Assembly (NCBI RefSeq): GCF_006345805.1
Contig: NW_021832404.1
Location: 1-64,000, forward strand
Direction of reading: 5' to 3'
Length of the DNA stretch: 64,000 nt
Origin: Octopus sinensis
Taxonomy: Eukaryota
Numbering within the stretch: position 1 is the stretch's first letter; each line of letters opens with the position of its first letter. Below the pieces are notes generated by a model, which did no database searches, was not told the DNA's origin, and was given only the letters and a program-made list of their open reading frames with translations. Of this stretch, positions 49,601 to 61,600 are shown piece by piece. Both the position numbers and the translations under genes were made by a program.

Positions 49601-52600
49601 AAAATACTGAACATTCCAGAGAAAGGGATATGAAGGTAAAGGGGAGGAGGGGAGAAGGAATATTGAACATTCCAGAGAGGGGGAATTGAAGGTGAAGGGG
49701 AGGAAGGGAAAAGGAATACTGAACATTCCAGAGAGGGGATATGAAGGTGAAGGGGAGGAATGGGAAGAAGGAATATTGAACATTCCAGAGTGGGGGATTT
49801 CAAGGTGAAGGGGAGGAAGTGGAGAAAAAAATACTGAACATTCTAGAGACGGGGATTTCAAGGTGAAGGGGAGGAAGGGTATGAAGGAATATTGAACATT
49901 CCAGAGAGGGGGATTTGAAGGTGAAGGGGAGGAATGGGAGGAAGGAATATTGAACATTCCAGAGAGGGGGATTATAAGGTGAAGGGGAGGAATGGGAAGA
50001 AGGAATATTGAACATTCCAGAGAGAGGGATTTGAAGGTAAAGGGGAGGAATGGGAAGAAGGAATATTGAACATTCCAGAGAGTGTGATTTGACGGTAAAG
50101 GGGAGGAATGGGAAGAAGGAATATTCAACATTCCACAGAGGGGGATGTGAAGTTAAAGGGGAGGAATGGGAAGAAGGAATATTGAACATTCCAGAGAGGG
50201 GGATTTGAAGGTAAAAGAGAGCAATGGGAAGAAGCAATATTGAAGATTCCAGAGAGGGTGATTTGAAGGTGAAAGGGAGGAAGGGGTGAAAGGAATATTG
50301 AACATTTCAGAGAGGGGGATTTGAAGGTAAAGGGGAGAATGGGAAGAAGGATTTGAACATTCTAGAGATGGGGATTTGAAAGTGAAGGAGAGGAAGGGGA
50401 TGAAGGAATAATGAACATTCCAGAGAGGGGATTTGAAGGTGAAGGGCAGAAAGGAGAGAAAGGATACTGAACATTCCAGAGAGGGGGATTTGAAGGTAAA
50501 AGGGACGAAGGGGATGAAGGAATATTGAACATTACAGAGAGGGGATTTGAAGGTGAAGGGGAGGAAGGGGAGAAGGAATATTGAACATTCCAGAGGGGGG
50601 ATTTGAAAGTGAAAGGGAGGAAGTGCAGAAGGAATACTGAACATTGCAGAGAGGGGGATTTGAAGGTAATGGAGGAATGGAAGAAGAAGGAATATTTATC
50701 CTTCCAGAGAGGGGGATTTGAAGGTGAAGGTAAGGAATGAAGAAGGAATATTGAACATTCCAGAGAGGGGGATTTAAAGGTAAGGGGAGGAATGGGAAGA
50801 AGGAACATTGAACATTACAGAGAAGGGGATTTGAAGGTAAAGGGGAGGAATGGGAAGAAGGAATATTGAACATTCCAGGGAGGAGGATTTGAAGGTGAAG
50901 GTAAGGAATTGGAAGAAGGAATATTGAACATTACAGAGAAGGGGATTTGAAGGTAAAGGGGAGGAATGGGGAAGAGGAATATTGAACATTCCAGAGAGGG
51001 CGATTTGAAGGTAAAAGGTGAGGAATTGGAAATGGGAATATTGAACATTCCAGAGAGGGGGATTTGAGGGTGAAGTGGAAGAAGAGAGGAAGGAATATTG
51101 AACATTTCAGAGAGGGGGTTTGAAGATGAAGGGGAGGAAGTGGAGGAAGGAATGTTGAGCATTCAAGAGGGGTATTTGAAGGTGAAGGGAGAAAAGGAGG
51201 AAGGAATATTGAACATTCCAGAGAGGGGGATTTGAAGATGAAGGGTAGGAAGGGGAGGAAGGAATATTGAACATTCCAGAGAGGGGGAGTTGAAGTTGAA
51301 GGGGAGGAAGGGGACAAAGGAATACTGAACATTCCAGAGAGGGGGATTTGAAGGTGAAGGGGAGGAAGGGGAGGAAGGAATATTGAACATTCCAGAGAGG
51401 ATGATTTTAAGGTGAAGGGGAGGAATGGGAAGAAGGAATATTGAACATTCCAGAGAGGGGGATTTGAAGGTGAAGGGGAGGAATGGGATGAAGGAATATT
51501 GAACATTCCAGAGAGGGGGAATTTAAGGTGAAGGGGAGGAATCTGAAAAAGGAATATTGAACATTCCAGAGAGGGAATTTAAAGGTAAAGGTAGGAATGG
51601 GAAGAAGGAATATTGAACATTCCAGAGAGGGGGATTTTAAGGTAGGTAAAATGGAGAAGGTAGGAATGGTGAAGGTAAGGGATGGTGAAGGTGAAGGTAA
51701 GGAATATTGAACATTCCAGAGAAAGGGATTTGGAGGTGAAGGGGAGGAATGTGAAGAAGGAATATTGAACATTCCAGAGAGGGGGATTTGAAAGTAAAGG
51801 GGCGGAAAGGGAAGAAGGAATATTGAACATTCCAGAGAGGGGTATTAGAAGGTGAAAGAGAGCAATGGGAAGAAGCAATATTGAACATTCCAGATAGAGG
51901 GATTAGAAGGTTAAGGGGGAAGGGGAGAAAGAATATTGAACATTCCAGAGAGGACGATTTGAAGGTAAAGGGGAGGAATGGGAAGAAGGAATATTAAACA
52001 TTCCAGAGAGGGGGATTTGAAGTTAAGGGGAGGAATGGGAAGAAGGAATATTGAACATTCCAGAGAGGGGGATTTGAAGGTGAAGGGGAGGAAGAGAAGG
52101 AAGAAATATTGAACATTGCTGAGAGGAGGTATTTGAGGGTGAAGGGGAGGAAGTGGAGGAAGAGATACTGAACATTCCAGAGAGGGGGATTTGAAGGTGA
52201 AATGGAGGTAGGGGAGGAATGAATATTCAACATTCCATAGAGTGGAATTTGAAGGTGAAGGGGAGCAAGGGGAGGAAGGAATATTGAACTTTCCAGAGAA
52301 GGGGAATTTAAGGTAAGGGAGGAATGGGAAGAAGGAATATTTAACATTCCAGAGATTGTGGATTTGAAGGTGAAGGGGAAGAATATTGAACATTCCAGAG
52401 AGGGGATTTGAAGGTGAAGGGGAGGAAGGGGAGGAAGGAATGTTGAACATTCCAGAGAGGGGGATTTGAAGTTGAAGGGGAGGAATAAGAAGAAGGAATA
52501 TTGAACATTCCAGAGAGGGGGATTTGAAGGAAAGGGGAGGAATGGGAAGAAGGAATATTGAACATTCCAGAGAGGGTGATTTGAAAGCGAAGGGGAGGAG

Positions 52601-55600
52601 GGGTGGAAGGAATATTCAACATTCCAAGTGAGTGGGGATTTGAAGGTGAAGGGGGGAAGGAATATTGACCATTCCAGAGAGGGGGATTTGAAGGTGAAGG
52701 GGAGGAAGGGGGGAAGGAATATTAAACATTCCAGAGAGGGGGATTTGAAGGTGCAGGGGAAGAAGTGGAGAAGGAATACTGAACATTCCAGAGAGGGGGA
52801 TTTGAAGGTAAAGGGGAGGAATGGGAGGAGGAATATTTAACCTTCCAGAGAGTGGGATTTGAAGGTGAAGGTAAGGAATGGGAAAAAGGAATATTGAACA
52901 TTCCAGGTAGAAGGATTTGAAGGTAAAGGGGAGGAATGGGAAGAAGGAATATTGATTATTCCAGAGATCGGGATAGAAAGGTAAAGGGGAGGAATGGGTT
53001 AAAGGAATATTGAACATTCCAGAGAGGGGGATTTGAAGGTGAATTGGATGAATGGGATGAAGGAATATTGAACATTCCAGAGAGGGGGATTTGAAGGTGA
53101 TGGGGAGGAAAAGGAGGAAGGAATATTGAACATTTCAGAGAGGGGGATTTGAAGGTGAATTGGAGGTAGGGGAGGAAGGAATATTGAACATTCCAGAGAG
53201 TGGGATTTGAAGGTGACGGGGAGGAAGGAATATTGAACATTCCAGAGAGGGGCATTTGAAGGTGAAGGGTGGAAAGGGAGGAGGGATATTGAACATTCCA
53301 GAGAGGGGGAATTGAAGGTAAAGGGAGGAATGGGAAAAAGAATCTGAACATACCAGAGGGGGGGATTTAAAGGTGAAGGGGAGGAAGGGTAGGGAGGAAT
53401 ATTGAACATTCCAGATATTGGGATTTGAAGGTGGATGGGAGGAAGGGGAGGGAGGAATATTGAACATTCCAGAGAGGTGGGTTTACGGTGAAGGGGAGGA
53501 AGGGGGCGGGGGAATATTGAACATTCCAGAGAGGGGGATTTGAAGGTGAAGGGGGAAGGAATATTGAATATTCCAGAGAGGGGGATTTGAAGGTGAAGGA
53601 GAGGAAGGCGAGGAAGGAATATTGAAAATTCCATAGGGGGGGATTTGAAGTTGAAAGGGAGGAATGGGATGAAGGAATATTCAACATTCCAGAGAGTGGG
53701 ATTTGTAGCTAATGGGGACGAATGAGTAGAAGGAATATTGAACATTCCAGAGGGGGGGATTTTAAGGTGAAGGGGAGGAATGGGAAGAAGGAATATTGAA
53801 TATTCCAGAGAGGGGGATTTGAAGGTAAAGGGGAGGAATGGGATGAAGGAATATTGAACATTCCAGAGAGGGGGATTTTATGGTGAAGGGGAGGAATGGG
53901 AAGAAGGAATATTGAACATTCCAGAGAGGGGGATTTGAAGGTAAAGGTAAGGAATGGGAAGAAGGAATATTGAACATTCCAGAGAGGGGGATTTGAAGGT
54001 GAAGGTAAGGAATGGTGAAGGTTAGAAATGGTGAAGGTAAGGAATGGTGAAGGTGAAGGTAAGGAATATGGAACATTCCAGAGAGAGGGATTTGGAGGTG
54101 AAGGGGAGGTATGGGAAGAAGGAATATTGAACATTCCAGAGAGGTGGATTTGAAGGTAAAGGGGCGGAATGGGAAGAAGGAATATTGAACATTCCAGAGA
54201 GGGGGATTTGAAGGTGAAAGAGAGCAATGGGAAGAAGCAATATTGAACATTCCAGAGAGGGGGATTAGAAGGTTAAAGGGAGGAAGGGGAGGAAGGAATA
54301 TTGAACATTCCAGAGAGAGGATTTGAAGGTAAGGGGAGGAATGGGAAGAAGGAATATTGAACATTCCTGAGAGGGGGATTTGAAGGTAATGGGGAGGAAT
54401 GGGAAGAAGCAATATTGAACATTCCAGAGAGGGGGATTTGAAGGTGAAAGGGGAGGAAGGGGAAGAAGGAATATTGAACATTCCAGAGAGTGGTATTTAA
54501 GGTGAGGTGGAGGAATGGGAAGAAGGAATATTGAAAATTCCAGAGGGGGGGATTTGAAGGTGAAGGGGAGGAATGGGAAGAAGGAATATTCAACATTCCA
54601 GAGTGTAGTATGTGAAGGTAAAGGGGAAGAATGGGAAGAAGGAATATTGAACATTCCAGAGAGGGGGATTTGAAGGTGAAGGGGAAGAAGGGGAGGAAGG
54701 GATACTGAACATTCCAGAGAGGGGGATTTGAAGGTGAATTGGAGGTAGGGGTGGAAGGAATATTGAACATTCCAGAGAGGGGGATTTGAAGATGAAGGGG
54801 AGGAAGGGGAGGAAGGAATATTGAACATTCCAGAGAGTGGTATTTGAAGGTAAACGGGAGGAATGGGAACAAGAAGTATTGAACATAACAGGGAGGGGGA
54901 TTTGAAGGTAAAGGGGAGGAATGGGAAGAAGGAATATTTAACGTTCCAGAGAGGGGGATTTAAAGGTAAAAGGGTGGAATGTGAAGAAGGAATATTGAAC
55001 ATTCCAGAGAAAGGGATTTGAAGGTAAAGGGGAGGAATGGGAAGAAGGAATATTGAACATTACAGGGAGGAGGATTTGAAGGTGAAGGGAAGGAATGGGT
55101 AGAAGGAATATTGAACATTACAGAGAAGGGGATTTGAAGGTAAAGGGGAGGAATGGGAAGAAGGAATATTCAACATTCCACAGAGGGAGACTTGAAGGTA
55201 AATGGGAGGAATGGGAAGAAGGAATATTTAACCTTTCAATGAGGTGGATTTGAAGGTGAAGGTAAGGAATGGGAAGAAGGAATATTGAACATTCCAGAGA
55301 GGGGGATTTGAAGGTAAAGGGGAGGAATGGGAAGAAGTAATATTGAACATTCCAGAGAGGGCGATTTCAAGGTAAAGAGGAGGAAGGGGAAGAAGGAATT
55401 TTGAACATTCCAGAGAGGGTGATTTGAAGGTAAAGGGGAGGAATGGGAAGAAGGAATATTGAACATTCCATGGAGGAGGATTTGAAGGTGAAGGTAAGGA
55501 ATGGGAAGAAGGTATATTGAACATTACAGAGAAATGGATTTGAAGGTAAATGGGAGGAATGGGAATAAGGAATATTCAACATTCCACAGAAGGTGATTTG

Positions 55601-58600
55601 AAGGTAAGGGGAGGAAGGGGAATAAGGAATATTGAACATTCCATAGAGATGGATTTGAAGGTAAAGGGTAGGAATGGGAAGAAGGAATACTGAACATTCC
55701 AGAGAGGGATATTTGAAGGTAAAGGGGAAGAAGGGGAAGAAGGAATATTGAACATTCCAGAGAGGGGGATTTGAAGGTAAATGGGAGGAATGGGAAGAAG
55801 GAATATTAAACATTCCAGAGAGGGGGATTTGAAGGTGATGGGTAGGAAGGGGAGGAAGGAACATTGAACATTGCAGAGAGTGGGATTTGGAGGTGAAGGG
55901 GAGGAAGGGGAGGAATGAATATTGAACAATCCAGATAGGGGGATTTGAAGGTGAAGGGGAGGAATGGGAAGAAGGAATATTCAACATTCCAGAGAGTAGT
56001 ATGTGAAGGTAAAGGGGAAGAATGGGAAGAAGGAATATTGAACATTACAGAGAGGGGGATTTGAAGGTGAATGGGAGGAAGAGGAGGAAGGAATATTGAA
56101 CATTCCAGAGAGGGGGATTTGAAGGTGAAGGGGAGGAAGGAATATTGAACATTCCAGAGAGGGGGATTTGAAGGTGAAGGGGAGCAAAGGAGGAAGGAAT
56201 ATTGAACATTCCAGAGAGGGGGATTTGAAGATGAAGGGGAGGAAGGGAGAAGGAATATTGAACATTCCAGAGAGGGGGATTTGAAGGTGAAGGGGAGGAA
56301 GAAATATTGAACATTGTAGAGAGGGGGATATGAAGGTGAAGGGGAGGAAGGGGAGGAAGGAATATTGAACATTTCAGAGAGGTGGATTTGAAGTTGAAGG
56401 GGAGGAAGTGGAGGAAGGAATATTGAACATTCCAGAGAGGTGGATTTGAAGGTGAAGGGGAGGAAGAGGAGAATGAAATACTGAACATTCCAGAGATGGG
56501 GATTTCAAGGTGAATTGGAGGTATGGGTGGAAGGAATATTGAACATTCCAGAGAGGGGGATTTGAAGATGAAGGGGAGGAAGGGGAGGAAGGAATATTGA
56601 ACATTCCACTGGGGGGATTTGAAGGTGAAGGGGAGGAATGGGAAAAGGAATATTGAACATTCCAGAGACGGAGATTTCAAGGTAAAGGGGATGAGTGGGA
56701 AGAAGGAATATTGAACATTCCAGAGAGGGGGATTTGAAGGTGAAAGGGATGAAGGGGAGGAAGGAATATTGAACATTCCAGAGAGGAGATTTGAAGGTGA
56801 AGGGGAGGAAGGGGGAGGGATATTGAAAATTCCAGAGAGTGGTATTTGTAAGTGAAGGGGAGGAAGGGGAGGAAGGAATATTGAACATACCAGAGAGGGG
56901 GATATGAAGGTGAATCGGAGGAGGGGTGGAAGGAATATTGAACATTCCAGAGAGGGGGATTTGAAGGTGAAGGGGAGGAAGTGGAGAAAGGAATACTGAA
57001 CATTCCATAGAGGGGGATTTGAAGGTAAAGGGGAGGAATGGGATGGAGGAATATTTAACGTTCCAGACGGGGGGGATATGAAGGTGAAGTTAAGGAATGG
57101 GAAAAAGGAATATTGAACATTCCAGGGAGTGGCATTTTAAGGTAAAGGGGAGGAATGGGAAGAAGGAATATTGAACATTCCAGAGAGGGAGATTTAAAGG
57201 TAAAGGGGTGGAATGGGTAGAAGGAATATTGAACATTCCAGAGAGAGGGATTTGAAGGTAAACGGGAGGAATGGGAAGAAGGAATATTGATCATTCCAGG
57301 GAGGACGATTTGAAGGTGAAGAGAAGGAATGGGAAGAAGGAATATTGAATATTACAGAGAAGGGGATTTGAAGGTAAAGGGGAGGAAGAGAAAGAAGGAA
57401 TATTCAACATTCCACAGAGGGGGATTTGAAGGTAAACGGGAGGAATGGGAACAAGAAGTATTGAACATATGAGGGAGGGGGATTTTAAGGTAAAGGGGAG
57501 GAGTGGGAAGAAGGAATATTGAAAATTCCAGAGAGGGGGATTTAAAGGTAAAAGGGTGGAATAGGAAGAAGGAATATTGAACATTCCAGAGAAAGGGATT
57601 TGAAGGTAAAGGGGAGGAATGGGAAGAAGGAATATTGAACATTACAGGGAGGAGGATTTGAAGGTGAAGGGGAAGAATGGGAAGAAGGAATTTGAACATT
57701 ACAGAGAAGGGGATTTGAAGGTAAAGGGGAGGAATGGGAAGAAGGAATATTCAACATTCCACAGAGGGAGACTTGAAGGTAAAGGGGAGGAATGGGAAGA
57801 AGGAATATTTAACCTTTCAAGAGGTGGATTTGAAGGTGAAGTAAGGAATGGGAAGAAGGAATATTGAACATTCCAAGAGGGGGATTTGAAGGTAAAGGGG
57901 AGGAATGGGAAGAAGTAATATTGAACATTCCAGAGAGGGTGATTTGAAGGTAAAGAGGAGGAATGGGAAGAAGGAATATTGAACATTCCAGAGAGGGTGA
58001 TTTGAAGGTAAAGGGGAAATGGGAAGAAGGAATATTGAACATTCCATGGAGGAGGATTTGAAGGTGAAGGGAAGGAACGGGAAGAAGGAATATTGAACAT
58101 TACAGAGAAGGGGATTTGAAGGTAAATGGAGGAAATGGGAATAAAGATATTCAACATTCCACAGAAGGGGATTTGAAGGTAAGGGGAAGAAGGGGAAGAA
58201 GGAATATTGAACATTCCATAGAGATGGATTTGAAGGTAAAGGGGAGGAATGGGAAGAATGAATATTGAACAATCCAGAGAGGGATATTTGAAGGTAAAGG
58301 GGAGGAGGGGAAGAAGGAATATTGAACATTCCAGAGAGGGGGATTTGAAGGTAAATGGGAGGAATGGGAAGAAGGAATATTAAACATTCCAGAGAGGGGG
58401 ATTTGAAGGTGAAGGCTAGGAAGGGGAGGAAGGAACATTGAACATTGCAGAGAGTGGGATTTGAAGATGAAGGGGAGGAAGGGGAGGAATGAATATTGAA
58501 CATTGCAGAGAGGGGGATTTGAAGGTGAAGGGGAGGAATGGAAGAAGGAATATTCAACATTCGAGAGAGTAGTATGTGAAGGTAAAGGGAAGAATGGGAA

Positions 58601-61600
58601 GAAAATATTGAACATTCCAGAGAGGGGATTTGAAGGTGAAGGAGAGGAAGAGGAGGAAGGAATATTGAACATTCAGAGAGGGGATTTGAAGGTGAAGGGG
58701 AGGAAGGAATATTGAACATTCCAGAGAGAGGGATTTGAAGGTGAAGGGGAGGAAGGGGAGGAAGGTATTGAACATTCTAGAGAGGGGGATTTGAAGGTGA
58801 AGGGGAGGAAGGGGAGGAAGGAATATTGAACATTCCAGAGAGGTGGATTTGAAGGTGAAGGGGAGGAAGGGGAGAAAGGAATATTGAACATTACAAAGAT
58901 GGGGATTTCAAGGTGAAGGGGAGGAAGGGATGGATGGAATATTGAACATTCCAGAGAGGGGGATTTGAAGGTGAAGGGGAGGAATGGGAGGAAGGAATAT
59001 TGAACATTCCAGAGAGGGGGATTTTAACGTTAAGGGGAGGAATGGGAAGAAGGAATATTGAACATTCCAGAGAGAGGGATTTTAAGGTTAAGGGGAGGAA
59101 TGGGAAGAAGGAATATTGAACATTCCAGAGAGGGGGATTTGGAGGTGAAAGGGAGGAATGGGAAGAAGGAATGTTGAACATTCCAGAGAGGGGGATTTGA
59201 AGGTGAAGGGGAGGAAGTTGAGGAAGAAATATTAAACATTCCAGAGAGGGGGATTTGAAGGTGAAGGTATGGAATGGGAAGAAGGAATAATGAACATTCC
59301 AGAGAGGGGGATATGAAGGTGAAGGGGAGGAAGGGGAGATAGGAATACTGAACATTACAAAGATGGGGATTTCAAGGTGAAGGGGAGGAAGGGGAGGATG
59401 GAATAATTAAGATTCCAGAAGAGGGGATTTAATGGTAAAGGGAGAATGGGAAAAAGGAATATTGAACATTCCAGAGAGGGGGATTTGAAAGTAAATCGGA
59501 GGAATGGGAAGAAGGAATATTGAACATTCCAGAGAGGGGGATTTGAAGGTAAAGGGAGAATGGGAAGAAGGAATATTGAAAATTCCAGAGAGGGGGATGT
59601 GAAGGTAAATGGGATGAAATGGAAGAAGGAATATTTAACATTCCAGAGAGGGGGATTTGAAGGTGGAAGAGAGCAATGGGAAGAAGCATTATTGAAGATT
59701 CCAGAGATGGGGATTTGAAGGTGAAAGGGAGGAAGGGGAGAAAGGAATATTGAACATTTCAGAGAGGGGGATTTGAAGGTTAAGGGGAGAAATGGGAAGA
59801 AGGAATATTGAACATTCCAGAGATGGGATTTGAAGGTGAAGGTGAGGAAGGAGAGGAAGGGATACTGAACATTCCAGAGAGGGGATTTGAAGGTGAAGGG
59901 GGGAAGGGCAGGAAGGAATATTGAACATTCCAGAGAGGGGGATTTGAAGGTGAAGGGGAGGAAGTGGAGAAAGGAATACTGAACATTGCAGAGAGGGGGA
60001 TTTGAAGGTAAATGGAGGAATGGGAAGAAGGAATATTTATCCTTCCAGAGAGGGGGATTTGAAGGTGAAGGTAAGGAATGGGAAAAAGGAATATTGAACA
60101 TTACAGGGAGTGGGATTTCAAGGTAAAGGGGAGGAAAGGGAAGAAGAACATTGAACATTCCAGAGGGAGAGATTTCAAGGTAAAGGGGAGAATGTGAAGA
60201 AGGAATATTGAACATTCCAGAAGAGGGATTTAAAGGTAAGGGGAGGAATTGGAAAAGGAACATGAACATTACATACTGAGAAGGGGATTTGAAGGTAAAG
60301 GCGAGGAATGGGAAGAAGGAATATTGAACATTCCAGGAGGAGGATTTGAAGGTAAATGGGAGGAATGGGAAGAAGGAATATTGAACATTCCAGGAGAGGA
60401 TTTGAAGTGAAGAAGGAAGGGAAGAAGGATATTGAACATTACTGAGAGGGGATTTGAAGGTAAAGGGGAGGAATGGGAAGAAGGAATATAGAACATTCCA
60501 GAGAGGGGGATTTGAAGGTAAAGGAAAGAATGGGAAGAAGTAATATTGAACATTCCATAAGGGGGATTTGAAGGTGAAGGGGAGGAATGGGAAGAAGGAA
60601 TATTGAACATTCCAGAGAGGGAGATTTGAAGGGAAAGGGGAGGAATGGGAAGAAGGAATATTAAACATTCCAGAGAGGGGGATTTGAAGGTGAAGGCTAG
60701 GAAGGGGAGGAAGGAACATTGAACATTGCAGAGAGTGGGATTTGAAGATGAAGGGGAGGAAGGGGAGGAATGAATATTGAACATTGCAGAGAGGGGGATT
60801 TGAAGGTGAAGGGGAGGAATGGGAAGAAGGAATATTCAACATTCGAGAGAGTAGTATGTGAAGGTAAAGGGGAAGAATGGGAAGAAGGAATATTGAACAT
60901 TACAGAGAGGGGGATTTGAAGGTGAAGGAGAGGAAGAGGAGGAAGGAATATTGAACATTCAAGAGAGGGGGATTTGAAGGTGAAGGGGAGGAAGGAATAT
61001 TGAACATTCCAGAGAGAGGGATTTGAAGGTGAAGGGGAGGAAGGGGAGGAAGGTATATTGAACATTCTAGAGAGGGGGATTTGAAGGTGAAGGGGAGGAA
61101 GGGGAGGAAGGAATATTGAACATTCCAGAGAGGTGGATTTGAAGGTGAAGGGGAGGAAGGGGAGAAAGGAATATTGAACATTACAAAGATGGGGATTTCA
61201 AGGTGAAGGGGAGGAAGGGATGGATGAATATTGAACATTCCAGAGAGGGGGATTTGAAGGTGAAGGGGAGGAATGGAGGAAGGAATATTGAACATTCCAG
61301 AGAGGGGATTTTAACGTTAAGGGGAGGAATGGGAAGAAGGAATATTGAACATTCCAGAGAGAGGATTTTAAGGTTAAGGGGAGGAATGGGAAGAAGGAAT
61401 ATTGAACATTCCAGAGAGGGGATTGGAGGTGAAAGGGAGGAATGGAAGAAGGAATGTTGAACATTCCAGAGAGGGGGATTTGAAGGTGAAGGGGAGGAAG
61501 TTGAGGAAGAAATATTAAACATTCCAGAGAGGGGGATTTGAAGGTGAAGGTATGGAAGGGAAGAAGGAATAATGAACATTCCAGAGAGGGGGATATGAAG

